A stretch of DNA of 64,000 nt from Planctomycetota bacterium (lineage in GTDB: Bacteria > Planctomycetota > MHYJ01 > JACQXL01 > JACQZI01), in assembly GCA_016207825.1 (NCBI GenBank), contig JACQZI010000005.1, forward strand, positions 1,122-65,121, given 5' to 3'. Each line of letters opens with the position of its first letter. The stretch's first letter is position 1. Below are positions 8,535-18,157 of the stretch, one piece after another. Made by a program: the position numbers and the translations under genes. The notes under the pieces were generated by a model that had not been told where the DNA came from, made no database searches, and saw only the letters and a list, made by a program, of their open reading frames with translations.

Positions 8535-10673
8535 TTTCCTCATTATATCCTTTATCATCTCAGGCGTCAGCTTCAGTCTCTTAAGCTTTACGCCCTCATT
8601 CAATCTCAATGCCTGTTTGTAAGCCTCAAGCGCTGCCGGGATTTCATCAATCGCCTCAAGCGCTTTGCCAAGCCTATACATATATTCCGGCTTGGTCGGG
8701 TATAAAGAAACCGCATTACTGAAACATTCCGCGCTTTCCTTTAGCCTCTCATCTCGCCGGCGCATGAAAGAAACCTTTTGCGCGATATCCGATTCTGTTT
8801 TAATCCATTCCGCTAACATCTCCGCATCCTCCTGCAGAAACGTCCCTTTCATAAAATAAAGCGAGGCGGAAAACGGGCTTAGTTCTATTGCCTTATTAAT
8901 ATATCCATAAATAACTTTCTGCCATACGTCAAACCTTACTTTTTCCGGCTTATTAACCATATGTAAAAAAGGAGCCATTACTAGATTCGGCCTGATATCC
9001 CAAGTATTACTCTCCAACGCCATGGCTAACTTTTTTCCCGCTTCCACCCTGCCGGATATCAATTCTTCCTGGCTCATATCAATCATATAATCAACCAATA
9101 TCAACCTCGGCACAAGCCACAGGTTCACCAGAAAAACTATGGCAAGTGCGACTGCCAATACCGTTGCCTTAAGCACGAAACCGGTTTTGATGATATGCTC
9201 TTTACTTTTAAATACCAGCCCCACCAGCAATCCCCCGGCCAGCCAGATGCTCATGGAAAGCCCGGCCTCGGAGAAGTTAAAATCAACCAAACTATGCAAA
9301 AGGAATCCGCAAATCCCGGCAATCAATCCCGTAATGTAATAATTAGTGATGGGTATCCTATATATTAAAAGGAAAGAAACCAGCCAGATGATAAAGAATA
9401 CAGCCAACCCTATTTCCGGGATATCCGATATGGCAAAGACTCCCTGAAATGCCTGTGCCAATAAGAATGCAACGAACGCCCCTATGATAACGCCTACCAC
9501 CACACCTTTTCCCTCTCCCCCTCTGGGAGATGCCGGGAGAGGGGTATTTTCCTCTGTTTTAAGATTGTTTATCCCCTTAAACCCGCGGATAAGGATAATA
9601 AGCCAGATAGTGCAAAAAGTTATAATGCCGATAATTCCCAATTCGGAAAACACTTCCAATAAAACATTATGCGCCGTAGTCGTTTCCCCTGCCCAGACCG
9701 GCTTATACATCGTATAGGGGTCGGCGAAGTTGGACAGCCCCACCCCGGTCCATAAATTATTCTTAATCACCCCCCAGGCGCCTTGCCAGTAGCCGAACCG
9801 GGTTTGCATAGATTCGTTCCCCCAAAGTGCCCAGAATAATACCGCCAGCCCGATAATCACAACAGGCGGCACGATAAAACGCAACGGTTTATTGAATCGA
9901 TTCCACAACGCGATTGTAAACAATAAGATAATGCTTATGAGGGCCGCCACCCAGGCGCCTTTTGCGCCCGTTGAGTAAAGAATGAAGCTCATAAGGACAA
10001 GCAATAACCAATAACCAATTACCAATTTCCAATTACGTTTAAGAAACGAATAGATGGAACACGCTAAAAAAATCGGGATAACCAAAACGAGAAATCCACC
10101 CAAAGAGTTCTGGTAGATAAAAGTCCCGAAAGGCTCGTTGGCATTGACGCGTGACATGAATTCTTCCTCTAATTCCTGCGGGACACTCGTCCCTCCTGAG
10201 GAATTCGCAATAATCGTTTGTCTCATCTCCTCCAATCCCCAGAGATACTGGTAAAGGGCGAAACAAACTATCACCGCTCCGGTCGCCAGGAAAACACCGC
10301 TTATTAGACGAACAACTGACAACTGATAACTGACAACTCCCATTACGAGTTGTATGACCAGATAAAACAGCATTATATCGCCCAGCCAGATAAAAGCCGT
10401 GCCGAATGCCGCGAATTTGTATCCTGCCCATAAAGGCGAAAGGATAATCGTTATAGCCCAGACCAAAAGCAATCCGCCCAAGCCCAAAAGATTAATCAGC
10501 CTAAGCTCACCTGAAAACGCCTGATAAACCAGACGAATAAGAAAGGCAATAATGATAAAAGAAGTGATAAAGATATTCACTCCGGTTCCGGCAGTGCTCC
10601 CGCAGACCAGGAGTTTTAGGACTATGGCGCAGCTCAAAAGCCCCAAGACCAATAGATGAAAAATACGTGCCAT
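8520..10673 (-). CDS. Polytopic membrane protein of the O-antigen ligase (Wzy_C)-like family, with a C-terminal TPR domain.
   Basis: About 12 TM helices followed by a soluble TPR-like C-terminus. This architecture is common in O-antigen ligase family proteins. Confidence 0.45.
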   Translation of the reverse strand: MARIFHLLVLGLLSCAIVLKLLVCGSTAGTGVNIFITSFIIIAFLIRLVYQAFSGELRLINLLGLGGLLLVWAITIILSPLWAGYKFAAFGTAFIWLGDIMLFYLVIQLVMGVVSYQLSVVRLISGVFLATGAVIVCFALYQYLWGLEEMRQTIIANSSGGTSVPQELEEEFMSRVNANEPFGTFIYQNSLGGFLVLVIPIFLACSIYSFLKRNWKLVIGYWLLLVLMSFILYSTGAKGAWVAALISIILLFTIALWNRFNKPLRFIVPPVVIIGLAVLFWALWGNESMQTRFGYWQGAWGVIKNNLWTGVGLSNFADPYTMYKPVWAGETTTAHNVLLEVFSELGIIGIITFCTIWLIILIRGFKGINNLKTEENTPLPASPRGGEGKGVVVGVIIGAFVAFLLAQAFQGVFAISDIPEIGLAVFFIIWLVSFLLIYRIPITNYYITGLIAGICGFLLHSLVDFNFSEAGLSMSIWLAGGLLVGLVFKSKEHIIKTGFVLKATVLAVALAIVFLVNLWLVPRLILVDYMIDMSQEELISGRVEAGKKLAMALESNTWDIRPNLVMAPFLHMVNKPEKVRFDVWQKVIYGYINKAIELSPFSASLYFMKGTFLQEDAEMLAEWIKTESDIAQKVSFMRRRDERLKESAECFSNAVSLYPTKPEYMYRLGKALEAIDEIPAALEAYKQALRLNEGVKLKRLKLTPEMIKDIMRKSSLR

Positions 10674-10846
10674 GATGGCTATAGTATAGATATTTTCCCC
10701 CTGTCTTCAAGTAAAATACTTCACCGGCTGTTAAACGGCCCCAACAGAATACTTTTTAACCCATAACTAATTTAACTTTAAACTCCGGTAAATTATTGAC
10801 ATTTCCGCTAACAATGATATCTTACCGTAAAAAGATTGGATAAACC

Positions 10847-11500
10847 ATGGAAAGAATACCAACCAGACATGTTCTGCAAAACACCGTCGTACAGTGGATA
10901 GTTTCCATAGCTATTTACCTGGCGCTCGGCGGGTTTTTCATGTGGTATTACTCTGTGCGAGGCTACTCTTACGATTTATTTACAGTCAATAAAGGCATCG
11001 CCCTGGCGGCGCTTTTTTCGATATGCATTTCCATATCCCTGGGGCCTCTTTCCAGGTTTATCATTTTCATCGGCAAACTTTTACCCTACCGGCGCACCCT
11101 GGGAATGATTGGCGCATACATGGTTGTTGCGCATATAACGCTTTCGTTTTTCTTTCTCCCTGAAATATTTCCCCTGGAATGGTTCCTGGAACACTGGCCG
11201 ACTATCATCTTCTGCATCCCGGCCGTTTTACTGCTCCTGATGATTGCCCTGCTTTCCTATCCATCGGGATTTAAATGGCTGGTTAAAAAGAAATTACAGT
11301 TCTTTCCGAAATTCGTCTGGCTTGCACTGGGTTTTGCTTTAGGGCATATCCTCTTTTTAGGGAAAATACCTGATTGGATAGAATGGATTAAAACATTTTA
11401 CACTCCTTTGCCCCATGCTACCTTACCGGCAAGTATTTTTTGTATCATAGTGCTATTTTTGAAATTGCTCGATATCATATGGGGTAAACGAAACCATTAA
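10847..11500 (+). CDS. Ferric-reductase-like (MsrQ/FRD-type) transmembrane protein, a possible haem b carrier.
   Basis: Six TM helices with conserved His in TM helices (VAHITL, LGHILF). It is adjacent to the DOMON-domain operon. Confidence 0.4.
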   Translation: MERIPTRHVLQNTVVQWIVSIAIYLALGGFFMWYYSVRGYSYDLFTVNKGIALAALFSICISISLGPLSRFIIFIGKLLPYRRTLGMIGAYMVVAHITLSFFFLPEIFPLEWFLEHWPTIIFCIPAVLLLLMIALLSYPSGFKWLVKKKLQFFPKFVWLALGFALGHILFLGKIPDWIEWIKTFYTPLPHATLPASIFCIIVLFLKLLDIIWGKRNH

Positions 11501-11792
11501 AAAACGCCCCTGTTGTGTTTCAACTGTCTCATTTATCATAAAGCCTCATTTACTTTAAAAGAAACCGATTTTTCCAAACTTCAATATATCTCACTACCTA
11601 ATACCATATAATCATTGGTGTTATGATAAGGTAGGATTTAAATATCTGTCTCAATAACAATAATTTAAGCCAGAACAGTCTCATTAATAGCGATTAAATG
11701 ATACAGTTTTATCACATAATTTAACTATCGTCTTTTATTTAATGCCTTTATTTATAATGGGTTAGATACATCTACAGCATTTATACTCTTAT

Positions 11793-11808
11793 TGGCACGA
11801 TATTTGCT
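11793..11808 (+). promoter_or_regulatory. Sigma-54 promoter TGGCACGATATTTGCTATA upstream of the DOMON operon.
   Basis: The core is identical to those of the other three sigma-54 promoters. Confidence 0.65.
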
Positions 11809-11820
11809 ATATTATAGCTT

Positions 11821-13548
11821 ATGTTGCATACTAGAATGATAACACCCCTATCAAAGATAAATCTCTTTATCAAAGGAAGGGCAAACTGGTTTACAATAGC
11901 GCTCTTTTTTTTATTATTAAGCATCATCAGTTTTGGTATTAGCGGTTTTTGCAATAAATATGAAGGAAATGAAACCGAAGTCGGAAGCAGCGGGATAAGC
12001 CAGATTACTTCGCCTGCACCGCCCGGCGGAACGGTTGATATCCCGATTACCGCCACACTCTCGTGGGAAATTGTTCCCGGTGCAACTCATTATGCGGTTT
12101 ATTTCGGTTTAACTACGGACGGCTTGAGCCCGGTTACAAATACGATGTTGACTAATTATGAGCCGGGAATTCTTGAATATAACACTACTTATTACTGGCG
12201 GGTAGATCCTAATAACATTAATCAGGTTGTCATCGGACAATTGTGGTCTTTTACTACGATGGCTCAAGCAACAAATTCTCCGCCGCAGGCAAACACTCCC
12301 AATCCGGCAAATGGCGCCACTAATATTCCAGCTGCCTGCCAGCTTTCCTGGGCTGCGGCAACCGGGACGAATTCTTATACGATTTATTGCGGAACATCCT
12401 CTCCTCCTCCCTTAGTAACAACCTCCACAGTAACAGCTTATCATCCGGGTATTCTTGCCTACAACACCACCTATTACTGGCGGATAGATTCCAATAATAA
12501 CGCTGGGACCACCCAGGGAGTAGTATGGAGTTTTAAAACCAAAGCACCGCCGGTAAATCCGCCAGCTCAGGCAACAAATCCAACGCCGGCGAATGGCGCA
12601 ACGAATATTATTGCAAATACCCAACTATCATGGGCTATGGCCACCGATGCCACTTCTTATGACGTGTATTTCGGAACAGTTAACCCGCCGCCGCTCAAAA
12701 TAACCACCCTTGACACAACCTATAACCCGGGAACGCTTAATAATAATACCGCTTATTATTGGCGGGTAAATTCCAAGAATATCGTCGGAACCACCCAGGG
12801 AGCAGTATGGAACTTTACCACACGGGCACAAGAAACCGCTCCCAATCCGCCATCCGGATTAACGGCTACGGCATTATCATCTTCCCAGGTGGTCATCTCC
12901 TGGACCGATAATTCCGGCGATGAAACCGGCTTTATCGTGGAACGCAAAACCGGTCCCGCCGGCACATATGCGGTAATTACCACTCTGCCTGCAAATACCG
13001 GTGTGTACACGGATATCAGCGCAGCGCCCTTCACCACCTACTATTACCGGCTGGCGGCATGCAATGCCTCAGGAAATAGCGCTTATTCCAATGAAGCTTC
13101 TGCCGTCACTTTCAACCGGATTGCTTCCGGCACTATGGTCCTGCAGTGGAAAGCCGAAGGCGACAATCTCAGAATCAGGGTCAGCGCACCGGCTACCGGC
13201 TGGATCTCTGTCGGGTTTGACGCGACTAATAGGCATCAGGACGCAAATATCATCATAGGTTACATCAGTAACGGCAGGCTGTTTATCCAAGACGATTACG
13301 GCACAGGCTCCACCACCCACTCCTCCGATATTTCGCTGGGCGGGACCGATAACATCACGGAGAAAACCGGCGCCGAAGCCAACGGGACCACCGAACTGGT
13401 TTTTACGATTCCGCTTAATTCAGGCGATTCACGCGATAAACCGCTCGTTGTCGGCAATAGTTATAATGTAATACTGGGTTACGGCAACACGGATAATTTT
13501 ACCGGCATGCATGCGTTCGCTAGAACTATAAATATAAAGATTCAATGA
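11821..13548 (+). CDS. Exported protein with three Fn3-like repeats of about 90 aa (…ATxYxVYFGT…YYWRV), one canonical Fn3, and a C-terminal DOMON-like domain.
   Basis: The C-terminal 170 aa are paralogous to the C-termini of 13577 and 15147. The start codon is uncertain because the sigma-54 transcription start site abuts the ATG. Confidence 0.55.
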   Translation: MLHTRMITPLSKINLFIKGRANWFTIALFFLLLSIISFGISGFCNKYEGNETEVGSSGISQITSPAPPGGTVDIPITATLSWEIVPGATHYAVYFGLTTDGLSPVTNTMLTNYEPGILEYNTTYYWRVDPNNINQVVIGQLWSFTTMAQATNSPPQANTPNPANGATNIPAACQLSWAAATGTNSYTIYCGTSSPPPLVTTSTVTAYHPGILAYNTTYYWRIDSNNNAGTTQGVVWSFKTKAPPVNPPAQATNPTPANGATNIIANTQLSWAMATDATSYDVYFGTVNPPPLKITTLDTTYNPGTLNNNTAYYWRVNSKNIVGTTQGAVWNFTTRAQETAPNPPSGLTATALSSSQVVISWTDNSGDETGFIVERKTGPAGTYAVITTLPANTGVYTDISAAPFTTYYYRLAACNASGNSAYSNEASAVTFNRIASGTMVLQWKAEGDNLRIRVSAPATGWISVGFDATNRHQDANIIIGYISNGRLFIQDDYGTGSTTHSSDISLGGTDNITEKTGAEANGTTELVFTIPLNSGDSRDKPLVVGNSYNVILGYGNTDNFTGMHAFARTINIKIQ

Positions 13549-13576
13549 GCTTTTTTAAGCAGAAAGGATTCTCGGC

Positions 13577-14353
13577 ATGAAAAAGATATTAGTGGTTTTA
13601 GGCTTGCTGGCATTACTCGCCCAGTCCGTATCGGCAGATGAAGCAGAAAACGCGCCATCCGAATTAACGGCAACTTCCTTATCTTCTTCCGAGGTCGTTA
13701 TCTCTTGGTCGGATAATTCCTCTGATGAAACCGGCTTTGTCATCGAACGCAAAACTGCTGTCACCGGCACTTATGCGGCGATTGTCACAACGACCGCCAA
13801 TACGACCGTTTATACCGATACCGCGCTGTCATCATTCACCACGTATTATTACCGCCTCTCGGCAGTTAATGACACGGAAACGAGCGCCTATTCCAATGAG
13901 GTTCCTGCCGTTACATTCAACCGGACGACTGCCGGTGATATGGTTCTGCAGTGGAAAGCCGAAGGCAATAATCTCAGAATCAGGGTCAGCGCACCGACTG
14001 CCGGCTGGGTTGCAGTCGGTTTTAAAACTGCCGCGGGCAAAAAGGACGCTAATATCATCATGGGATACGTTAAAAAGAACGGGGTATTTATCGAGGATAA
14101 TTACGGCATAGGCGCCACGAACCACGCCGCCGATACTGCCGGGGGAGGAACCGATAACGTCACGGAGAAAACCGGCACCGAAGCCAAAGGGACCACCGAA
14201 CTGGTTTTCACTATCCCGCTCGATTCCGGCGATGACCGGGATAAAAAACTCGTCGTCGGCAATACCTACAATACGATGCTGGCTTACGGCAAAACGGATA
14301 ATTTTACCGGCATGCATACGTTTTTCAGGGTCATAAAGATAAAAATCCAATGA
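13577..14353 (+). CDS. Exported Fn3 plus DOMON-like domain protein
   Basis: Signal peptide; paralog of the C-terminal half of 11821. Confidence 0.6.
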   Translation: MKKILVVLGLLALLAQSVSADEAENAPSELTATSLSSSEVVISWSDNSSDETGFVIERKTAVTGTYAAIVTTTANTTVYTDTALSSFTTYYYRLSAVNDTETSAYSNEVPAVTFNRTTAGDMVLQWKAEGNNLRIRVSAPTAGWVAVGFKTAAGKKDANIIMGYVKKNGVFIEDNYGIGATNHAADTAGGGTDNVTEKTGTEAKGTTELVFTIPLDSGDDRDKKLVVGNTYNTMLAYGKTDNFTGMHTFFRVIKIKIQ

Positions 14354-15132
14354 TAAAAAAAATATTGCCTATCTTGCTCCTGGTTGGATTAATTATCCTG
14401 CCGGTCTTGGCGGATGAACCGGAAGAGGAGACGGAAGAAGAATCCCTGGAATATGTTTATTTTCCTTCAGAAATGATTAACCTGAAAATGCCCAACCAGC
14501 AGGAGCCGCATTCGCTGATTTTCATCATCACGCACCGCTTCTACGGTGAGTTAAACCATAACCCCATGGAAACCGCCAACCTCTTATTCGGCATTAAATA
14601 TATCGCTTCTCCCAAGGTGGAACTGGAAGCGCTCTACGGAATGAACCAGAATGAATACAGCATCGGCGCCGGTTATTATTTCCTGAACTCAGGGATTATA
14701 CACGGCCAATTCAATGCCACCCTTTTTGATTATAAGGACATTGCCTTTGAAGAAAGAAGCATCAATGCTTTTTACCAGCTCTCTATGGATACCAAGCCGC
14801 TTTTCAAGCATGTTACGCCGGTGGTTAATGCCGGTTATGACGGCTACTATGAAAGGTTCGGCTACGGCTTCGGCTTAAAAATAGCTTTCAATATCGCGAA
14901 CTCAACGGTAAAAAAAGTAAACATCATCAGCGAATATTATCCTATTACGGATCCCGAAGCAGGAATCACCCAGCCCAAGCCGGTCTCCTGTTTCGGCATC
15001 GGCATAGATACCTTCCGGCACAATTTTGTCCTCCAGGTGACTAACGGCAACGAAGCGGGTGTCAGGCGGCTTATGCTGGGCGCGCCTGACGACGAGCTTC
15101 ACTTCGGTTTTAATATACTCGTGAAATTCTGA
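14350..15132 (+). CDS. Putative outer-membrane beta-barrel protein
   Basis: Signal peptide, alternating amphipathic strands and a C-terminal …ILVKF. Confidence 0.45.
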   Translation: MIKKILPILLLVGLIILPVLADEPEEETEEESLEYVYFPSEMINLKMPNQQEPHSLIFIITHRFYGELNHNPMETANLLFGIKYIASPKVELEALYGMNQNEYSIGAGYYFLNSGIIHGQFNATLFDYKDIAFEERSINAFYQLSMDTKPLFKHVTPVVNAGYDGYYERFGYGFGLKIAFNIANSTVKKVNIISEYYPITDPEAGITQPKPVSCFGIGIDTFRHNFVLQVTNGNEAGVRRLMLGAPDDELHFGFNILVKF

Positions 15133-15146
15133 AAGGATGGCGTGGC

Positions 15147-15683
15147 ATGAAAAAAATAGTATTGGCTCTTTTCTGTCTGGCAATAATGGCAATCAATAAT
15201 GGTTTCAGTTGCAATACCCACGACGAACAGGTGTCATCCGGCTCTTCCGGCGCCGCCGTAGGACAGGTGACGGCCGCGGGTGTTACCATGAAGTGGTCTG
15301 TGGTGGGAACCGATTTATCCGTAACACTCAGCGCCCAGACTGCCGGCTGGGTCGCGGTCGGGTTTAACCCTACCAACAGGCACCAGGGCGCCAATATTAT
15401 CATCGGCTATGTCAGCGGAGGCGTGGCATTTATCGAGGACAACTTCGGCAACGGCCCTACCACCCATGTTACCGATGGAATCCAAAACGTTACGGAAAAA
15501 ACCGGGACCGAGGCCGGCGGCATTACCGAAATAAGTTTTAAAATACCGCTTAATTCCGGCGACGCCCAGGACCAGCCGCTGGTTGTTGGGACCAACTGCA
15601 CGATAATATTGGCTTACGGTCCGGCGGATAATTTCACCACCCAACACACCAGTATGGGGACTGCGCTTATCAGAATCCAATAA
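15147..15683 (+). CDS. Lipoprotein with a DOMON-like domain
   Basis: Lipobox GFSC; paralog of the 13577 C-terminus. Confidence 0.55.
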   Translation: MKKIVLALFCLAIMAINNGFSCNTHDEQVSSGSSGAAVGQVTAAGVTMKWSVVGTDLSVTLSAQTAGWVAVGFNPTNRHQGANIIIGYVSGGVAFIEDNFGNGPTTHVTDGIQNVTEKTGTEAGGITEISFKIPLNSGDAQDQPLVVGTNCTIILAYGPADNFTTQHTSMGTALIRIQ

Positions 15684-15710
15684 TCCAGGCGATGATTTCC
15701 CGTTTACTAC

Positions 15711-15738
15711 TTGACAATCACCCATTTTTTCTATATAA
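15711..15738 (+). promoter_or_regulatory. Sigma-70-type promoter (TTGACA…TATATAA) for the EBP gene, with a short leader.
   Basis: ttgacaatcacccattttttctatataaccaatatcATG. Confidence 0.5.
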
Positions 15739-15746
15739 CCAATATC

Positions 15747-17771
15747 ATGAAAACCGGAAAGCCTCTATCCGACCAGCCCGACAGCCTGCCTGCCGGAAAG
15801 GCAGGTCTGGCGGGTTACCTGGAACAAATCAAATCCGCCAATACCAAACAAAACTGGATTCAAGTAAAGCGCCTGGGGAAAATCGTTTTAAAAAACCTGC
15901 CTAATCTGGCTTATTCTCCATCCGAAGAATATCTTTTGTTTCGCCGGCTGGGTGTCGCCCATTATCATTTGGCGGAATATTCAAACTCCCTGGACTTTTT
16001 CTACAAAGCATTCCTGGCCGCCTTCAGGCATAAACTCAACCAAGCCGATATCGCCTGCGCGATTTTTATGATGGGAAGCAATTTTATCGCTATCAGGAAT
16101 ATACCGCAAGCCCTGGCTCATTTCCAGAAAGTGGAAGAATACTATAAAAAATACGGGGATAATAATCCTCCGATGGATAAAGATATCTATATTGATACGC
16201 TTTTAAGCCTGGCGTATTGTTATCTATATAAAAATGATACGGAAAAAGCACGTGAGATTATAGAAGAAAAACTTTCTGTTTACCGGCCGGACGCGTTTGA
16301 CGGAATCAGCTTTATAGATTACACCCACCTTAAAGGGGAATATCTGGCGGCAGCCGAAAAATACGCCGATGCCCGTAAATGTTTTGACGAATGTATCACG
16401 ATGGGAAAACAAATTAACTTCCCGGTAAGCATCCTCGAAGCAAAAATACACCTGGCCCTAATTGATATCATGGAAAGCGAAACAGATAGCGGCATCCAAA
16501 CCTTGCGCGCCGTAATGAAAGAAAGCCGGAAGTTAAAGCTAAACGACCTCTTCTGTGAATCAGGGCTCCTTTTAAGCAAATGTTACATCATTCAAGGTCT
16601 TCCCGATAAAGCCGTGCTTATCGAAAACAGGATTAAGCTTAATTTGTCCAAACTTGACACGGTTTGGCTCTATGAAAAAATGCGCGAGTTCGAAAAACTC
16701 TACCGCCAATTAACCACCGTATCGAAAGTCAAATCGCAAATCGCTCCCGAAATACTCGTTCGCACCCTTAATTCACGTTATGAAAAATCACCCCATAAAG
16801 AAATTGTCATAGGCGTCACTCCCTTAATGCAGGAAATCTGGCAACTGTTAGAAAAAATTGCTCCGACCGATTTGCCCGTTTTAATCCAGGGGGAAACCGG
16901 CACGGGAAAAGAACTCATCGCCCGCGCTATCCACCAAAACAGCCTGCGGGCATCCCGTTCCTGCCTCGGATTTAATTCCGGAGCGGTTGCCGAAACTCTT
17001 TTGGAAAGCACGCTTTTCGGCCATGCCAAAGGCGCTTTTACCGGCGCTATTGAAGAGAAAAAAGGCTATATTGAACTCGCCTCCGGCGGAACGCTTTTCG
17101 TGGATGAGATTGCCAATATGTCGCTTGGTATGCAGCAAAAACTTCTAAGGGTCATGGAAGAAAAACTTCTCTGGCGTGTCGGTGACTCAAAACCAATTCA
17201 GATAGATACCCGTTTTATCTTTGCCAGCAATCAGGATATTGAGCAGATGGTCAAGAACAAAACCTTCCGTGAAGACCTGTTCTATCGTATCAACGCCATT
17301 GTAATTAACCTTCCGCCTCTGCGCGAACGCGGGGATGACATTCCCTTGCTGATAAACCACTTCCTCTCCAAATATAAAACGCATGACGCCCAACGCATGA
17401 CGCAAGACTCACAACGCATAACGCCCGACGCACAACGCCTCCTCTCCTCCTACCCCTGGCCCGGCAATATCCGCGAACTGGAAAACGAGATAAAACGTAT
17501 CTGCGTATTATACCCAAATGCAAAAACCATCGAAGAACCAATACTCTCAGATTCAATCAGAAATTATAAAAAAACGCCCGAACCGTTTAAACAAATCTTG
17601 AACATGAAAGAAGCAACTGATGCCTTCCAAAGGAGCCTTATCATCGAAACGATTAGCCAATGCCAGGGCAATATGACCCAAGCCGCCCGCCAGCTCGGCT
17701 ATGCGCGCCAAAGCCTTTACGATAAAATGAAACAGCTTAAGATAACTCCGGAAACTGTCGTGAAAAAGTAA
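15747..17771 (+). CDS. Sigma-54-dependent activator (TPR-AAA+-HTH), paralog 2
   Basis: GETGTGKELIARAIH, GAFTGA and a C-terminal HTH. An (AQRxT)n low-complexity linker lies between the AAA+ and HTH domains. Confidence 0.85.
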   Translation: MKTGKPLSDQPDSLPAGKAGLAGYLEQIKSANTKQNWIQVKRLGKIVLKNLPNLAYSPSEEYLLFRRLGVAHYHLAEYSNSLDFFYKAFLAAFRHKLNQADIACAIFMMGSNFIAIRNIPQALAHFQKVEEYYKKYGDNNPPMDKDIYIDTLLSLAYCYLYKNDTEKAREIIEEKLSVYRPDAFDGISFIDYTHLKGEYLAAAEKYADARKCFDECITMGKQINFPVSILEAKIHLALIDIMESETDSGIQTLRAVMKESRKLKLNDLFCESGLLLSKCYIIQGLPDKAVLIENRIKLNLSKLDTVWLYEKMREFEKLYRQLTTVSKVKSQIAPEILVRTLNSRYEKSPHKEIVIGVTPLMQEIWQLLEKIAPTDLPVLIQGETGTGKELIARAIHQNSLRASRSCLGFNSGAVAETLLESTLFGHAKGAFTGAIEEKKGYIELASGGTLFVDEIANMSLGMQQKLLRVMEEKLLWRVGDSKPIQIDTRFIFASNQDIEQMVKNKTFREDLFYRINAIVINLPPLRERGDDIPLLINHFLSKYKTHDAQRMTQDSQRITPDAQRLLSSYPWPGNIRELENEIKRICVLYPNAKTIEEPILSDSIRNYKKTPEPFKQILNMKEATDAFQRSLIIETISQCQGNMTQAARQLGYARQSLYDKMKQLKITPETVVKK

Positions 17772-17896
17772 CACCTGTCAGATTTCCCTGACACCACCCG
17801 TCAAAACTAATTCATACTATATTTGCTCTTTCAGCCTAACTCCTTTATTCATATCAAATTAGGGCTTGTCGGTATTTCTCTGTTTTTAGGCATTTC

Positions 17897-17912
17897 TGGC
17901 ACGATATTTGCT
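17897..17912 (+). promoter_or_regulatory. Sigma-54 promoter TGGCACGATATTTGCTATA
   Basis: Identical to the promoter at 2866..2883 and marks the start of a roughly 400-bp inverted duplicate. Confidence 0.7.
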
Positions 17913-18016
17913 ATACATTATAGTTGATAAGAAATAAGGTGATAAGTTAATACGAGGCTATGCTCCTTATAAACTTATTATCGTATCAACTTATATACTT
18001 ACAAGGAGAACTGTTA

Positions 18017-18130
18017 TGAATAAAACAACATTAAACACCTGTCTCGGAAGAATGGATTTATCTCTTCCCGCAAACTAATTCTGAAGAGCATTATTTCTTT
18101 AAAAATGGCTGTTTAGTGAGCTGGAAGAAA
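18017..18130 (+). pseudogene. Deletion remnant of the small conserved protein gene. MNKTTLN joins out of frame to …EWIYLFPQTNSEEHYFFKNGCLVSWKKTAV.
   Basis: The DNA is nearly identical to 2750..2538 except for an internal deletion of about 100 bp. Confidence 0.6.
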
Positions 18131-18157
18131 ACCGCCGTATGAAAATGGAGGTGATTT

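Noticed and set aside
17384-17425. Short imperfect repeats (AQRMT/AQRIT/AQRLL) in the EBP linker
   Set aside because: This is a low-complexity interdomain linker, also present in diverged form in paralog 3. It is not a separate element.
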